DNA from: Chloroflexota bacterium
Lineage (GTDB): Bacteria > Chloroflexota > Limnocylindria > Limnocylindrales > CSP1-4
Assembly (NCBI GenBank): GCA_017881915.1
Contig: JADGQK010000001.1
Coordinates: 2,889 to 66,888 of the forward strand
DNA: 64,000 nt
Direction of reading: 5' to 3'
This document shows positions 8,527 to 17,808 of this stretch, piece after piece. The position numbers and the translations under genes are program-made. Each line of letters opens with the position of its first letter. Position 1 is the stretch's first letter. The notes under the pieces were generated by a model. The model made no database searches and was not told the DNA's origin. It was given only the letters and a program-made list of their open reading frames with translations.

Positions 8527-9878
8527 CCCACGCTGGCCGCCTGTCCGGTCGGTTCGTGGCCCTCGGGATCACGGGCTCGATCGCAGCCTACAAGTCGGTC
8601 GAGCTGCTTCGCCAACTGCAGGCCGAGGGGGCCGAGGTCCAGGCCCTGCTGACGCCGACCGCGACGCGTTTCGTCGCCCTACTGACGCTCGAGGCCCTCA
8701 GCCACCGGCCGGCCGAGAGCGACGTGATGGCCCTCCTGCCCGACGGCCGGATCGGCCACATCGTGACCGCCGACAGCGCCGACGCCATCGTGGTCGCACC
8801 CGCGACCGCCCATTGGCTGGGAGCGATGGCCAACGGGCTGGCCGCCGACGTGATCACCGCCGCATGCCTCGCGACGAGCGCCCCGGTGATCGTGGCACCG
8901 GCCATGGACGGAGACATGTACGCTCACCCGGCCACCCAGGCCAACGTGACCCGCTTGCGCGACCAGTTCGGTTACACGATCGTCGAGCCGGAGACGGGGC
9001 CGCTGGCCTCCGGTCAGACCGGGGTCGGGCGGCTGGCCGAGCTTGCCCGGATCGTCGAGGCCGTCGTGACCGCGATCGGCGACCGGCCGATCCGGGCGGT
9101 GGGCGACGCCGACCGGCCGCCCCGTCTGGCTGGGCGTCCGCGTGATGCCGATCTCGACGGGCGACACATCGTGGTGACCGCCGGTGGAACCCGCGAAGCG
9201 ATCGATCCGGTCCGGTTCATCGGCAATCGCTCGAGCGGCAAGATGGGCGTGGCAATCGCCGAAGCCGCCCTGGACCGGGGCGCCCGGGTGAGCCTGATCG
9301 CCGGCAGCGTCGAGGTTGCCCTGCCCGACGCAGTCGAGATCACCCGGGTGGAGAGCACGGCCGAGCTCGGTGTGGCCCTCGCCACGCTGCTCCAGGCCGG
9401 TCCCGCCGGCCGGGCCGGTTTTGACGCGTTGATCATGGCCGCGGCCGTCGCTGACTTCCGGCCACGCCACCCGGCGCGGGCCAAGCTCCGCCGCGGGTCC
9501 GCCCTGACCCTCGATCTCGAGCCCACGCCCGACCTGTTGGCCGAGGCCGTCGTGGTTGCCCGCCACCTCTGGCCAACCCCGATCCTGGTCGGCTTCGCCG
9601 CCGAGACCGGCTCGCTCGAGCGGGCGGTCGAGAAGCTCCAGCGCAAGGGCGTCGACCTGCTCGTTGCCAACGACGTGGCCGAGGCCGGCTCGGGCTTCGG
9701 GACGGACACGAACCGGATCACCCTGCTCGCCGCGGACGCGGCAGCCGAGGCCTGGCCACTGCTGACGAAACGCGAGGTGGCGGATCGGCTCCTCGACCGG
9801 CTGGCGGCCCGGCTGGACGCCCGGGACGGCGTCGCGCAGACTGGACGGAGCGACGTCCCCCAGGAGTTTCGATCGTGA
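8523..9878 (+). CDS. coaBC: Bifunctional phosphopantothenoylcysteine decarboxylase / phosphopantothenate-cysteine ligase
   Basis: The flavoprotein N-domain is present (VALGITGSIAAYKSVELLRQL, PAMDGDMYAHP) along with the CoaB domain (VTAGGTREAIDPVRFIGNRSSGKMG). The ATG at 8523 overlaps the coaX stop (ATGA). Confidence 0.92.
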   Translation: MTHAGRLSGRFVALGITGSIAAYKSVELLRQLQAEGAEVQALLTPTATRFVALLTLEALSHRPAESDVMALLPDGRIGHIVTADSADAIVVAPATAHWLGAMANGLAADVITAACLATSAPVIVAPAMDGDMYAHPATQANVTRLRDQFGYTIVEPETGPLASGQTGVGRLAELARIVEAVVTAIGDRPIRAVGDADRPPRLAGRPRDADLDGRHIVVTAGGTREAIDPVRFIGNRSSGKMGVAIAEAALDRGARVSLIAGSVEVALPDAVEITRVESTAELGVALATLLQAGPAGRAGFDALIMAAAVADFRPRHPARAKLRRGSALTLDLEPTPDLLAEAVVVARHLWPTPILVGFAAETGSLERAVEKLQRKGVDLLVANDVAEAGSGFGTDTNRITLLAADAAAEAWPLLTKREVADRLLDRLAARLDARDGVAQTGRSDVPQEFRS

Positions 9879-10837
9879 GCGCCACCGCCAACCCGAACCC
9901 GACGCCGTCCGCCAGCGGTCCATCCGGCCAGATTCCGGCTCCGGTTCGGCGGCTCACGGTCAGCGACATTGCCCGCCTCCATTTCGACGGCCAGCGGATC
10001 GCGATGATCACGGCCTACGACTACCCGGTCGCCCGGCTGCTCGACGAGGCGGGCATCCCGCTCCTCCTCGTTGGCGACTCGCTGGGTCGGGTGATCCTCG
10101 GCTACGAGAACGAGATCCCGGTCTCGATGGAGGACATGCTCCATCACGCCAAAGCGGTCGTCCGTGGCGCCCGCTCGGCGCTGGTCGTGGGCGACATGCC
10201 GTTCCTGTCCTATTCGACGCCAGAGCTGGCCGTCCACAATGCGGGCCGATTCCTGGCCGAGGCCGGCGTCCAGGCCGTCAAGCTGGAGGGTGGCCGGCGG
10301 AGCGCCAGGATGATCGAGGCGATCACCCGGGCCGGGATCCCCCTGATGGGCCACATCGGGCTGACGCCCCAGGCGATCAACCAGATCGGCAAGGTCCGTG
10401 TCCAGGGCAAGACCCGCGAAGCGGCCCGGGAGCTCCTCGCCGATGCAGTGGCGATCCAGGAGGCCGGCGCGTTCGCCGTAGTCCTCGAGCTCGTGCCCGA
10501 GCAGCTCGCGGCGGCGATCAGCGAGCGGCTCCAGATCCCCACGATCGGGATCGGCGCCGGTGCCGGCTGCGGCGGCCAGGTCCAGGTCCTGACCGACCTG
10601 CTCGGCTACGAGGAATGGCATCCCCGCCATGCCCGACCGTACGCCAACCTGCGCGAGACGATCCTCAGCGCCGCCCGGGCCTACCGCGCCGACGTCGAGG
10701 CGGGCACGTTCCCAGGACCGGCCGAGACGGTCCGGATGGACGACGACGTGATCGACGCCGTCCTCGGCCACTCGGTCCTCGACCGCCCGAGCCGCTCAAT
10801 TCCGGCGGGCGGCATCCCGCTCGACCGCGACCTGTAA
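9875..10837 (+). CDS. panB: 3-methyl-2-oxobutanoate hydroxymethyltransferase
   Basis: The sequence contains IAMITAYDYPVARLLDEAGIPLLLVGDSLG and HIGLTPQ. The GTG start overlaps the coaBC stop (GTGA). Confidence 0.92.
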   Translation: MSATANPNPTPSASGPSGQIPAPVRRLTVSDIARLHFDGQRIAMITAYDYPVARLLDEAGIPLLLVGDSLGRVILGYENEIPVSMEDMLHHAKAVVRGARSALVVGDMPFLSYSTPELAVHNAGRFLAEAGVQAVKLEGGRRSARMIEAITRAGIPLMGHIGLTPQAINQIGKVRVQGKTREAARELLADAVAIQEAGAFAVVLELVPEQLAAAISERLQIPTIGIGAGAGCGGQVQVLTDLLGYEEWHPRHARPYANLRETILSAARAYRADVEAGTFPGPAETVRMDDDVIDAVLGHSVLDRPSRSIPAGGIPLDRDL

Positions 10838-10842
10838 GGGGC

Positions 10843-11688
10843 GTGACCCAGCTTCTCCGCAGCCGGGCCGAGCTGCGGGCCGTCCTGACCTCGCTGCCCC
10901 GACCGGTCGGCCTCGTACCCACGATGGGCTGGTTGCACGACGGCCACCGCTCGCTGATCCGGCGGGCCCGATCCGAGAACCGGACGGTCGTGGCCACGAT
11001 CTTCGTGAACCCCCGCCAGTTCAATCGGGCAGAAGACTTCAGCAAGTACCCTCGAAACGAGGCTCGTGACGTCCAGATCTGTGCCGAGGAAGGCGTCAAC
11101 ATCGTGTGGGCGCCGCCCGTCGATGAGGTCTTCGTACCGGGTTTCGACACGACGATCTCGGTCGGGGCGATCGCGATGCCACTCGAGGGTGCAGCCCGGC
11201 CCGGCCATTTCGATGGCGTGGCGACGGTTGTGGCGATCCTCTTCGGGCTGGTCGGAGCGGAACACGCCTACTTCGGCCAGAAGGATGCCCAGCAGGTGAT
11301 GGTGATCCGGCAGATGGCCCGCGACCTCGCCCTGCCGACCCAGGTGATCGCCTGCGCGACGGTCCGCGAGCCGGACGGGCTGGCCCTCTCGTCACGCAAC
11401 GTCCACCTCCGGCCGGCCGAACGCGCCGCCGCACCGGTCCTCCGCCAGGCCTTGCTCGCCGCCGCCGCCCAGTGGCGCCTGGGCGAGCGTTCGGGCGAGG
11501 CACTCCGGACCATGCTCCGTTCGACCCTGGCGGGCGTGCCCCTCGCCCAGCCGGAGTACGTCTCGGTCGCTGACGCGTTGACGTTGGGCGAGCTCGATCG
11601 GATTGAAGGCACGGCCCTCCTGTCGCTGGCGGTCCGCTTCGGCTCGACGCGCCTGATCGACAACGAGCTCCTGGAGTGGCCCGGCTGA
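10843..11688 (+). CDS. panC: Pantoate-beta-alanine ligase
   Basis: The sequence contains VGLVPTMGWLHDGHRSLIRRAR, FVNPRQF and YFGQKDAQQ. The GTG at 10843 lies 5 nt after the panB stop. Confidence 0.92.
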   Translation: MTQLLRSRAELRAVLTSLPRPVGLVPTMGWLHDGHRSLIRRARSENRTVVATIFVNPRQFNRAEDFSKYPRNEARDVQICAEEGVNIVWAPPVDEVFVPGFDTTISVGAIAMPLEGAARPGHFDGVATVVAILFGLVGAEHAYFGQKDAQQVMVIRQMARDLALPTQVIACATVREPDGLALSSRNVHLRPAERAAAPVLRQALLAAAAQWRLGERSGEALRTMLRSTLAGVPLAQPEYVSVADALTLGELDRIEGTALLSLAVRFGSTRLIDNELLEWPG

Positions 11689-11871
11689 TGTGAAAGCCCT
11701 CGGCGCTACCGCGCTCGTCTGGACGCTGGTAGTCCTGGGCTTCGTACTCGCCAATCCATTCGAACAGGCGGACGTCCTGACCACGGTGCGCCTGATCTCA
11801 TCGCCGGCGCACCGCTCGAGGGTCTTGCCTGGGGCGAGACTGTCGCGGCCTCGGGGCACTCCGCCGCCCAG

Positions 11872-12079
11872 CCGTGGTGTGTTCTGAGAACATCAAATCG
11901 CCGATTTCGGGATGGGATTCGGGTTGCGCCGCCGTCGCATCGCGTTCGAAGCCGGCATTTCGTCCCCGGCCACGCTCACGCGAGCGGAACGGAGGGGCCG
12001 AACAGACCGGGGCAAACCGGCATCGGGTCGAAATCGCGCTTTTGGTGTTCTGAGTGCACGTTCCGGCGGGCGGGCACGG
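11872..12079. repeat. MITE-like element, family 1, copy A (~208 bp, imperfect terminal inverted repeats)
   Basis: The left arm is CCGTGGTGTGTTCTGAGAACATCAAATCGCCGATTTCG (11872-11909). The reverse complement of the right arm is CCGTGCCCGCCCGCCGGAACGTGCACTCAGAACACCAAAAGCGCGATTTCG (12029-12079). Both arms match the arms of the element at 24542-24757. It is non-coding and lies in a tail-to-tail gap. Confidence 0.6.
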
Positions 12080-12107
12080 CACAGCTCGGAACCGCGCGTG
12101 CGGAGGT

Positions 12108-13271
12108 TCAGCCCGGAACCGGGCCGGCAGCCTCCAGGACACGGTCGATCTGGAGGTGCTCCCAGACGAGAGCCTTGATCATCTCGATCTTGCCGACGTC
12201 GGCCGAGTGGGTCTTGACCAGCAGGTCATGGACCTCGGAGGCCACGACGTAGGTGTCCTCGGGCACGATCGTCGCGAAGAGATTGGCCCGACGGATTGCG
12301 TCGAGGACGGCCTGGCGGGGCCGGTAGCCGCCGGTCAGGACGAGGCCGAGGGCGGCCCCTCCAGCAGGCCCCGCTCCCGATTCGCCGGCCGTCGCGGAAG
12401 CGGGCCCGACCCGCGCGCCATGGGCGGCTCCGCCGGTGAGATGGGCCGTGGTCAGGGTGAGGATCACGTCCTCGCGGTCGCCGGGCACGATCACGAGCGT
12501 GTCCGGGTTGATCCGCTCGAGCATGTGGGCGGGCTCCATCGCCCCGATCGCCACCCCGCCGATCACCCGGTCGAGATCCGGGCCGGGATGAACCGTCTCG
12601 CCGTGGACACCCTCGAGGATCATCGCCAGGGTGGGGTTCGACAGGATCAGCCGGTATGGCAGGACGCCGAGCAGCGGGATGTGGTGCAGCGCCAGGCCCC
12701 GTTCCAGGGTCCGGACGATCCCCGGCTGGGCATCGAGGTCGACCTTGTTGACGATCGCCCCGGCCACCCGGACGCCCTGGCTGGCAAAATGCGACGCGTT
12801 CAGCACGATCTCGTCGATCGGCCGCCCCACCCCACCCTCGGACACGATGATCGCGGGCGCGCCGAGCATCGCGGCCACCGTCGCGTTCGACAGGCCGATC
12901 ACGGCACCGACCCCGGCATGGCCGGTGCCCTCGATCAGCAGGATCTCGCCATCCCGGGTCAGCGCCGCATGAGCCGACCGGATCCGTGCCCCGAGGTCCT
13001 CGACGATCTCGCCATTGATGTAGGCCTTGGTGAAGCCGCGCGGGATATGGACGGGGCTCATGACCCCCAGCGGGTCGGTCAGGCTGAACACATTCCGGAC
13101 AAGGACGGCGTCTTCGTCGGCCGGCATGCCGTCCTCGATGATCGTGCGCTGTCCGACCGGCTTCATGAAGCGGGTGTCAAGGCCGCGCCGGAGGAAGCCG
13201 TCGAGCAGGCCGATGCTGGTGGTGGTCTTGCCCCGGTTCTGGCCGGTGGCGGCGAGATAGACCTGGCGCAC
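12108..13271 (-). CDS. Stand-alone BioD-like P-loop + DRTGG domain protein (resembles the N-terminal region of long phosphotransacetylases; no PTA catalytic domain)
   Basis: The sequence has MRQVYLAATGQNRGKTTTSIGLL (P-loop), ILLIEGTGHAGVG, and a C-terminal region with LVIVPGDRED...LVLTGG typical of DRTGG. The family was recognised from memory. Confidence 0.8.
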   Translation of the reverse strand: MRQVYLAATGQNRGKTTTSIGLLDGFLRRGLDTRFMKPVGQRTIIEDGMPADEDAVLVRNVFSLTDPLGVMSPVHIPRGFTKAYINGEIVEDLGARIRSAHAALTRDGEILLIEGTGHAGVGAVIGLSNATVAAMLGAPAIIVSEGGVGRPIDEIVLNASHFASQGVRVAGAIVNKVDLDAQPGIVRTLERGLALHHIPLLGVLPYRLILSNPTLAMILEGVHGETVHPGPDLDRVIGGVAIGAMEPAHMLERINPDTLVIVPGDREDVILTLTTAHLTGGAAHGARVGPASATAGESGAGPAGGAALGLVLTGGYRPRQAVLDAIRRANLFATIVPEDTYVVASEVHDLLVKTHSADVGKIEMIKALVWEHLQIDRVLEAAGPVPG

Positions 13272-13281
13272 CGGCCCGGTC

Positions 13282-13887
13282 CTAGCTGCGCGTCGTGGTC
13301 CGGCGATCCACCAGCGCGACCGCGTCCTTGAGCCGGGTGATCGTTTCGGCGTCCACGGCGTCGGTCTCGAGATACGGGCCGAGGCGCTCCATGATGTCGG
13401 CCACCAGGCCGAGCAGGACGCTCGCGTCGGCGACGAAGAACTGGGGCTCGTTGTTGTAGCGGACCATCGTCAGGCGGCCCTGCAGGACGCGGCGGTCCTC
13501 GACGTGGGCAATCTGGGTGGCGAAGTTATGGCCCTGGATTCCATCCGGGTTATTCAGGAAGTTCAGGGCGTTGTCGATCGCCAGGCCGAAGCGAGCGCGC
13601 CAGGCCACGAGGCGTTCGTGGACCTCCGACGGGATATGGACGTCGGCGACCTCTTCGAAGACCTCCGGGGCAACGGTCAGCAGACCGACCAGGGTCGTGC
13701 CGGCCCGCGGGCCGAGCATGACCTGGAGGCTCCGCTCGAGGGTGAACACCTCGGAATCGAAGCGGGGGCTGGTGATCACGTCGGTCAGCAGGTCCTCAAC
13801 GTTGTCGAGGATGCCTGGCTCTGCGACCGAGTTCGCCAGGTGGAGGATCTCCTCCTTGAACAGGAACTTCTCTTCGTGGTCGAGCAT
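13282..13887 (-). CDS. Hypothetical protein (201 aa)
   Basis: The start is a clean ATG, and the composition is balanced and not low-complexity. The stop lies 10 nt upstream of the next gene's start, so the two are probably co-transcribed. I do not recognise the family. Confidence 0.7.
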   Translation of the reverse strand: MLDHEEKFLFKEEILHLANSVAEPGILDNVEDLLTDVITSPRFDSEVFTLERSLQVMLGPRAGTTLVGLLTVAPEVFEEVADVHIPSEVHERLVAWRARFGLAIDNALNFLNNPDGIQGHNFATQIAHVEDRRVLQGRLTMVRYNNEPQFFVADASVLLGLVADIMERLGPYLETDAVDAETITRLKDAVALVDRRTTTRS

Positions 13888-14016
13888 GACTCCGATGGTA
13901 GCACCGGGTGGCGCCGCTTCCGGTGTTGGACGGCGCGGCGCCGAGCAGGTTCCGGTGCCGCAAGGCGACGCGGCGGATCGGGCAGGCTGCCGCGATCCGC
14001 CGGTTCGGGCCAGGGC

Positions 14017-15285
<1,269 letters not shown>

Positions 15286-15428
15286 GAGCTGCGTGTTCCT
15301 CCGTCTCGGTCGAGCGCAGACAGGCGGACCCCGACCGACATTGCGGGCCGTCTCCCGGACGACCCCACGGTCGCGACAAACAGCCCGATCGATCCAGTCG
15401 GGCGCTTGCCGCAGCGACAATCAGACCG

Positions 15429-15434
15429 AGTATA
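15429..15434 (-). promoter_or_regulatory. Candidate -10 hexamer (TATACT) for gdhA, implying a ~135-nt leader
   Basis: The minus strand reads TTGCCG-N19-TATACT. This is sequence resemblance only. Confidence 0.3.
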
Positions 15435-15528
15435 GCCCGCCCCTGCCACCGACCGGCAACCTGCTCGCAACCCGCTCGCAACCGGCGGTGCGTGCCTGCG
15501 AGAGCCGTCCTGAACCGGACCGCTGGGG

Positions 15529-16398
15529 TCAGGCCTTGCGGTAGAGCATGGCCGCGCCGAGCGCGCCGGGGCCGACGTGCGGCCCGACCGACGCCCCGAT
15601 CGTCGCCGTCTCGACGTCCGCCGGGTCGATCGTTCCGACCCGGGCGATGACGGCGGCCCGAAACTCGTCGAGGTCAGGGCTGATGCCGTCCAGGATCGCC
15701 AGTCGCTCGATCGGCCGCGACGTCACGAAGTCGATCGCCCGCTCGCGCGCCTTGCCCCGGGTGCGGACCTGGTCGACCCGCTCCACCGTGCCGTTCCGAA
15801 CTGCGATGATCGGCTTGACATTGAGCAGGGTCCCGATCACGGCCCGGGCACCGCTGATCCGGCCGCCCCGGCGCAGGTACTCGAGCGTATCGAGGCACAC
15901 GATTGCCTCGACATCCCTTGTCCGGGCCGTCACCTCGGCGGCAATCTCGGCGCCGGAGCGGCCGGCCGCCGCCAGGTCGCGACCGAGCTTGGCCAGCAGG
16001 GCGATGCCAAAGGATGCCGTGTCCGAGTCGATCACGTGGATCTCGCGCTCGGGCAGCGCCTCCCGACCGAGCGTCGCCGACCTGAACGTGCTCGACAGGC
16101 TCGCCCCGACGCTGATGCACACGACCGCGTCGGCGCCGGCGGCAAAGGCGGCCTCAAAGGCGTCGCTGAAGGCGATCGGGCTGGCCGCGGCGGTCTTCGG
16201 GAATGGCGCGTCGGGGGCGGTCATCCGGACCCAGAAGTCTGCCGCACTCAGCTCGACGCCGGCCTGGAATGTCTCGTCCCCGAACGAGACGAGGAGGGGC
16301 ACGACCGTGATCCCGAGTTCAGCCGCCCGGCTCGGTGACAGGTCACTGGCCGAGTCGATGACGATGGCGACCTGGCTCACGGGCAGTCCCTCCATCAT
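15529..16398 (-). CDS. degV: DegV-family fatty-acid-binding protein
   Basis: The sequence contains VAIVIDSASDLSP, VPLLVSFGDETF, VCISVGASLSSTF and EYLRRGGRI. The ATG at 16398 overlaps the stop of the upstream MFS gene (ATGA). The track ORF (to 16974) is an artefactual extension. Confidence 0.9.
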   Translation of the reverse strand: MMEGLPVSQVAIVIDSASDLSPSRAAELGITVVPLLVSFGDETFQAGVELSAADFWVRMTAPDAPFPKTAAASPIAFSDAFEAAFAAGADAVVCISVGASLSSTFRSATLGREALPEREIHVIDSDTASFGIALLAKLGRDLAAAGRSGAEIAAEVTARTRDVEAIVCLDTLEYLRRGGRISGARAVIGTLLNVKPIIAVRNGTVERVDQVRTRGKARERAIDFVTSRPIERLAILDGISPDLDEFRAAVIARVGTIDPADVETATIGASVGPHVGPGALGAAMLYRKA

Positions 16399-17726
16399 GC
16401 TTGAACGGCAGGCTGGCCGATCAGGTGCTCGACCTCGCGCAGCCGGGCCAGTGGAATGAGGGCGACGAACAGCAGCAGCAGGGTGCCCAGCAGCAGGCCG
16501 TCGATGCCGGCGATCCGGGCGGCCTCCCCGCCCAGCAGGCTTCCGCTGATCTGGCCGATTGCGAGGAACACCGAGTACAGGCCCATGATCGCGCCGCGGT
16601 CCTTTGGATACGCTTCCGAGACATCGGCCAGCAGGCCCAGGGCGGCGGGCGTCGCACCGGCCAGGACGAACAGGCCACCCACGACCGCCGCGCCCGGCAG
16701 GGCCCTGGCGATTCCCGGCGCCCCCTCGCTGTGGTTGATCACGGCCACGGCGGCGATCACGGCCAACCCGCCCAGGATCCCGAAGAAGATGATCGAGGTC
16801 CGCCGGTAGCGCTTGAACCGGTTGCCCCAGAAGACCAGCCCGGCAAAGAAGACGAGCAAGCCGGCGGCCAGCCCGATGCTGATCTCCGACGGGACGAAGT
16901 GGCCCATCAGGTACTGGTCGGTGAACTCCGGCGACGGCTTCTGGGTGAGCTGGAAGAGCGACTGGTTGGTCCACAGGCCGAGCGCCGCGTTGATCGCGAT
17001 CCAGGTCGGGGCCAGCAGCCAGACATGGCTGCTGCGCAGGATCTGGAGATAGCGCCTGAGCCCGCCGTGATCGGCCTTGCGCATCGCCCGGAGGTCCTCG
17101 CGAAACGTGACGCCGTAGCGATAGATCAGGAATGACACGCCATAGATCCCCGCGTTCAGGAAGAACGCGTTCCGGCCGAGAAGGTCGATCAGGACCCCGG
17201 CCAGCACGATCCCGACGCCCAGGCCAGCCAGCGTGGCCCCTTCGAAGCGAGCCGAGGCGCGACCCCGCGCAAGCTCGTCACCGGCCGTGGCCATCGCGAG
17301 GAAGCCGAGGATCGAAGGCACCGAGGCAGCTGTCGAGAGTCCTTCGAGCACGCGCGTGCCGGCGAGCACGGGAATCACGGTGCTGAGCCCGGTGATGATG
17401 ACGGCAACGAAGCCGAAGAGCGGCCCGAGCTGCATCATCCGGTGATGCCCGAAGCGGTCCGACAGGACCCCGAAGACGGGCGACATCAGCAGCTCGGCGG
17501 CGAAGAACAGGGCCGCGAACAGGCCGATCATCTCGGGATCGACTCGCGGACCGCCGACCCGTTCGAAATGGGCCAGGTGGTACGTCAGCAGCGCCCCGGT
17601 CAGGCCGGTGCTCAGGCGCAGGGTGAATGTGCCGAACAGGACGGCTGTGAGTGACCGTCCCGTGTGATCGGGCTGGGCGGTCGCGGAGTCGGGCGCCTCC
17701 TGGGCTCTGGCGACAGCGGGATCCAT
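16395..17726 (-). CDS. MFS transporter
   Basis: The protein has about 12 hydrophobic segments and an MFS loop motif (GVLSDRFGHHRMM). The start is either the ATG at 17726 or the TTG at 17735. Confidence 0.85.
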   Translation of the reverse strand: MDPAVARAQEAPDSATAQPDHTGRSLTAVLFGTFTLRLSTGLTGALLTYHLAHFERVGGPRVDPEMIGLFAALFFAAELLMSPVFGVLSDRFGHHRMMQLGPLFGFVAVIITGLSTVIPVLAGTRVLEGLSTAASVPSILGFLAMATAGDELARGRASARFEGATLAGLGVGIVLAGVLIDLLGRNAFFLNAGIYGVSFLIYRYGVTFREDLRAMRKADHGGLRRYLQILRSSHVWLLAPTWIAINAALGLWTNQSLFQLTQKPSPEFTDQYLMGHFVPSEISIGLAAGLLVFFAGLVFWGNRFKRYRRTSIIFFGILGGLAVIAAVAVINHSEGAPGIARALPGAAVVGGLFVLAGATPAALGLLADVSEAYPKDRGAIMGLYSVFLAIGQISGSLLGGEAARIAGIDGLLLGTLLLLFVALIPLARLREVEHLIGQPAVQA

Positions 17727-17808
17727 GGCCGCCAAGCCTACAGGGCAGCACAGGGCTTCCGTGGGCCTCCGCGACCCATCCAGGCGGCAGGTAGACTCCG
17801 GCTGAGCA

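Noticed and set aside
11690-11887. A 65-aa GTG-start ORF right after panC, with one hydrophobic segment.
   Set aside because: Its 3' end runs into the MITE-like repeat and its C-terminal half is Arg/Pro/Ser-rich. It has no RBS and I recognise no family. It might be a real small membrane protein, but I cannot support the call.
15440-15528. A possible riboswitch (TPP-like GCGAGAG / CUGA fragments) upstream of gdhA.
   Set aside because: Only short fragments resemble the motif, and the conserved CUGAGA and pyrimidine-sensor helices are absent. The region also lies upstream of the putative -10 box, so it would not be transcribed.
15529-16974. Long N-terminal extensions of track ORFs: degV to 16974, the YyaL-like gene to 43529, the GATase to 31195, cax from 42219, the permeases from 52811/53749, Ku to 50276 and lgt to 60584.
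   Set aside because: Family similarity starts at an internal ATG or GTG. That start coincides with the upstream gene's stop (ATGA-type coupling) or with an RBS. The extensions overlap neighbouring genes and are Arg/Pro-rich.
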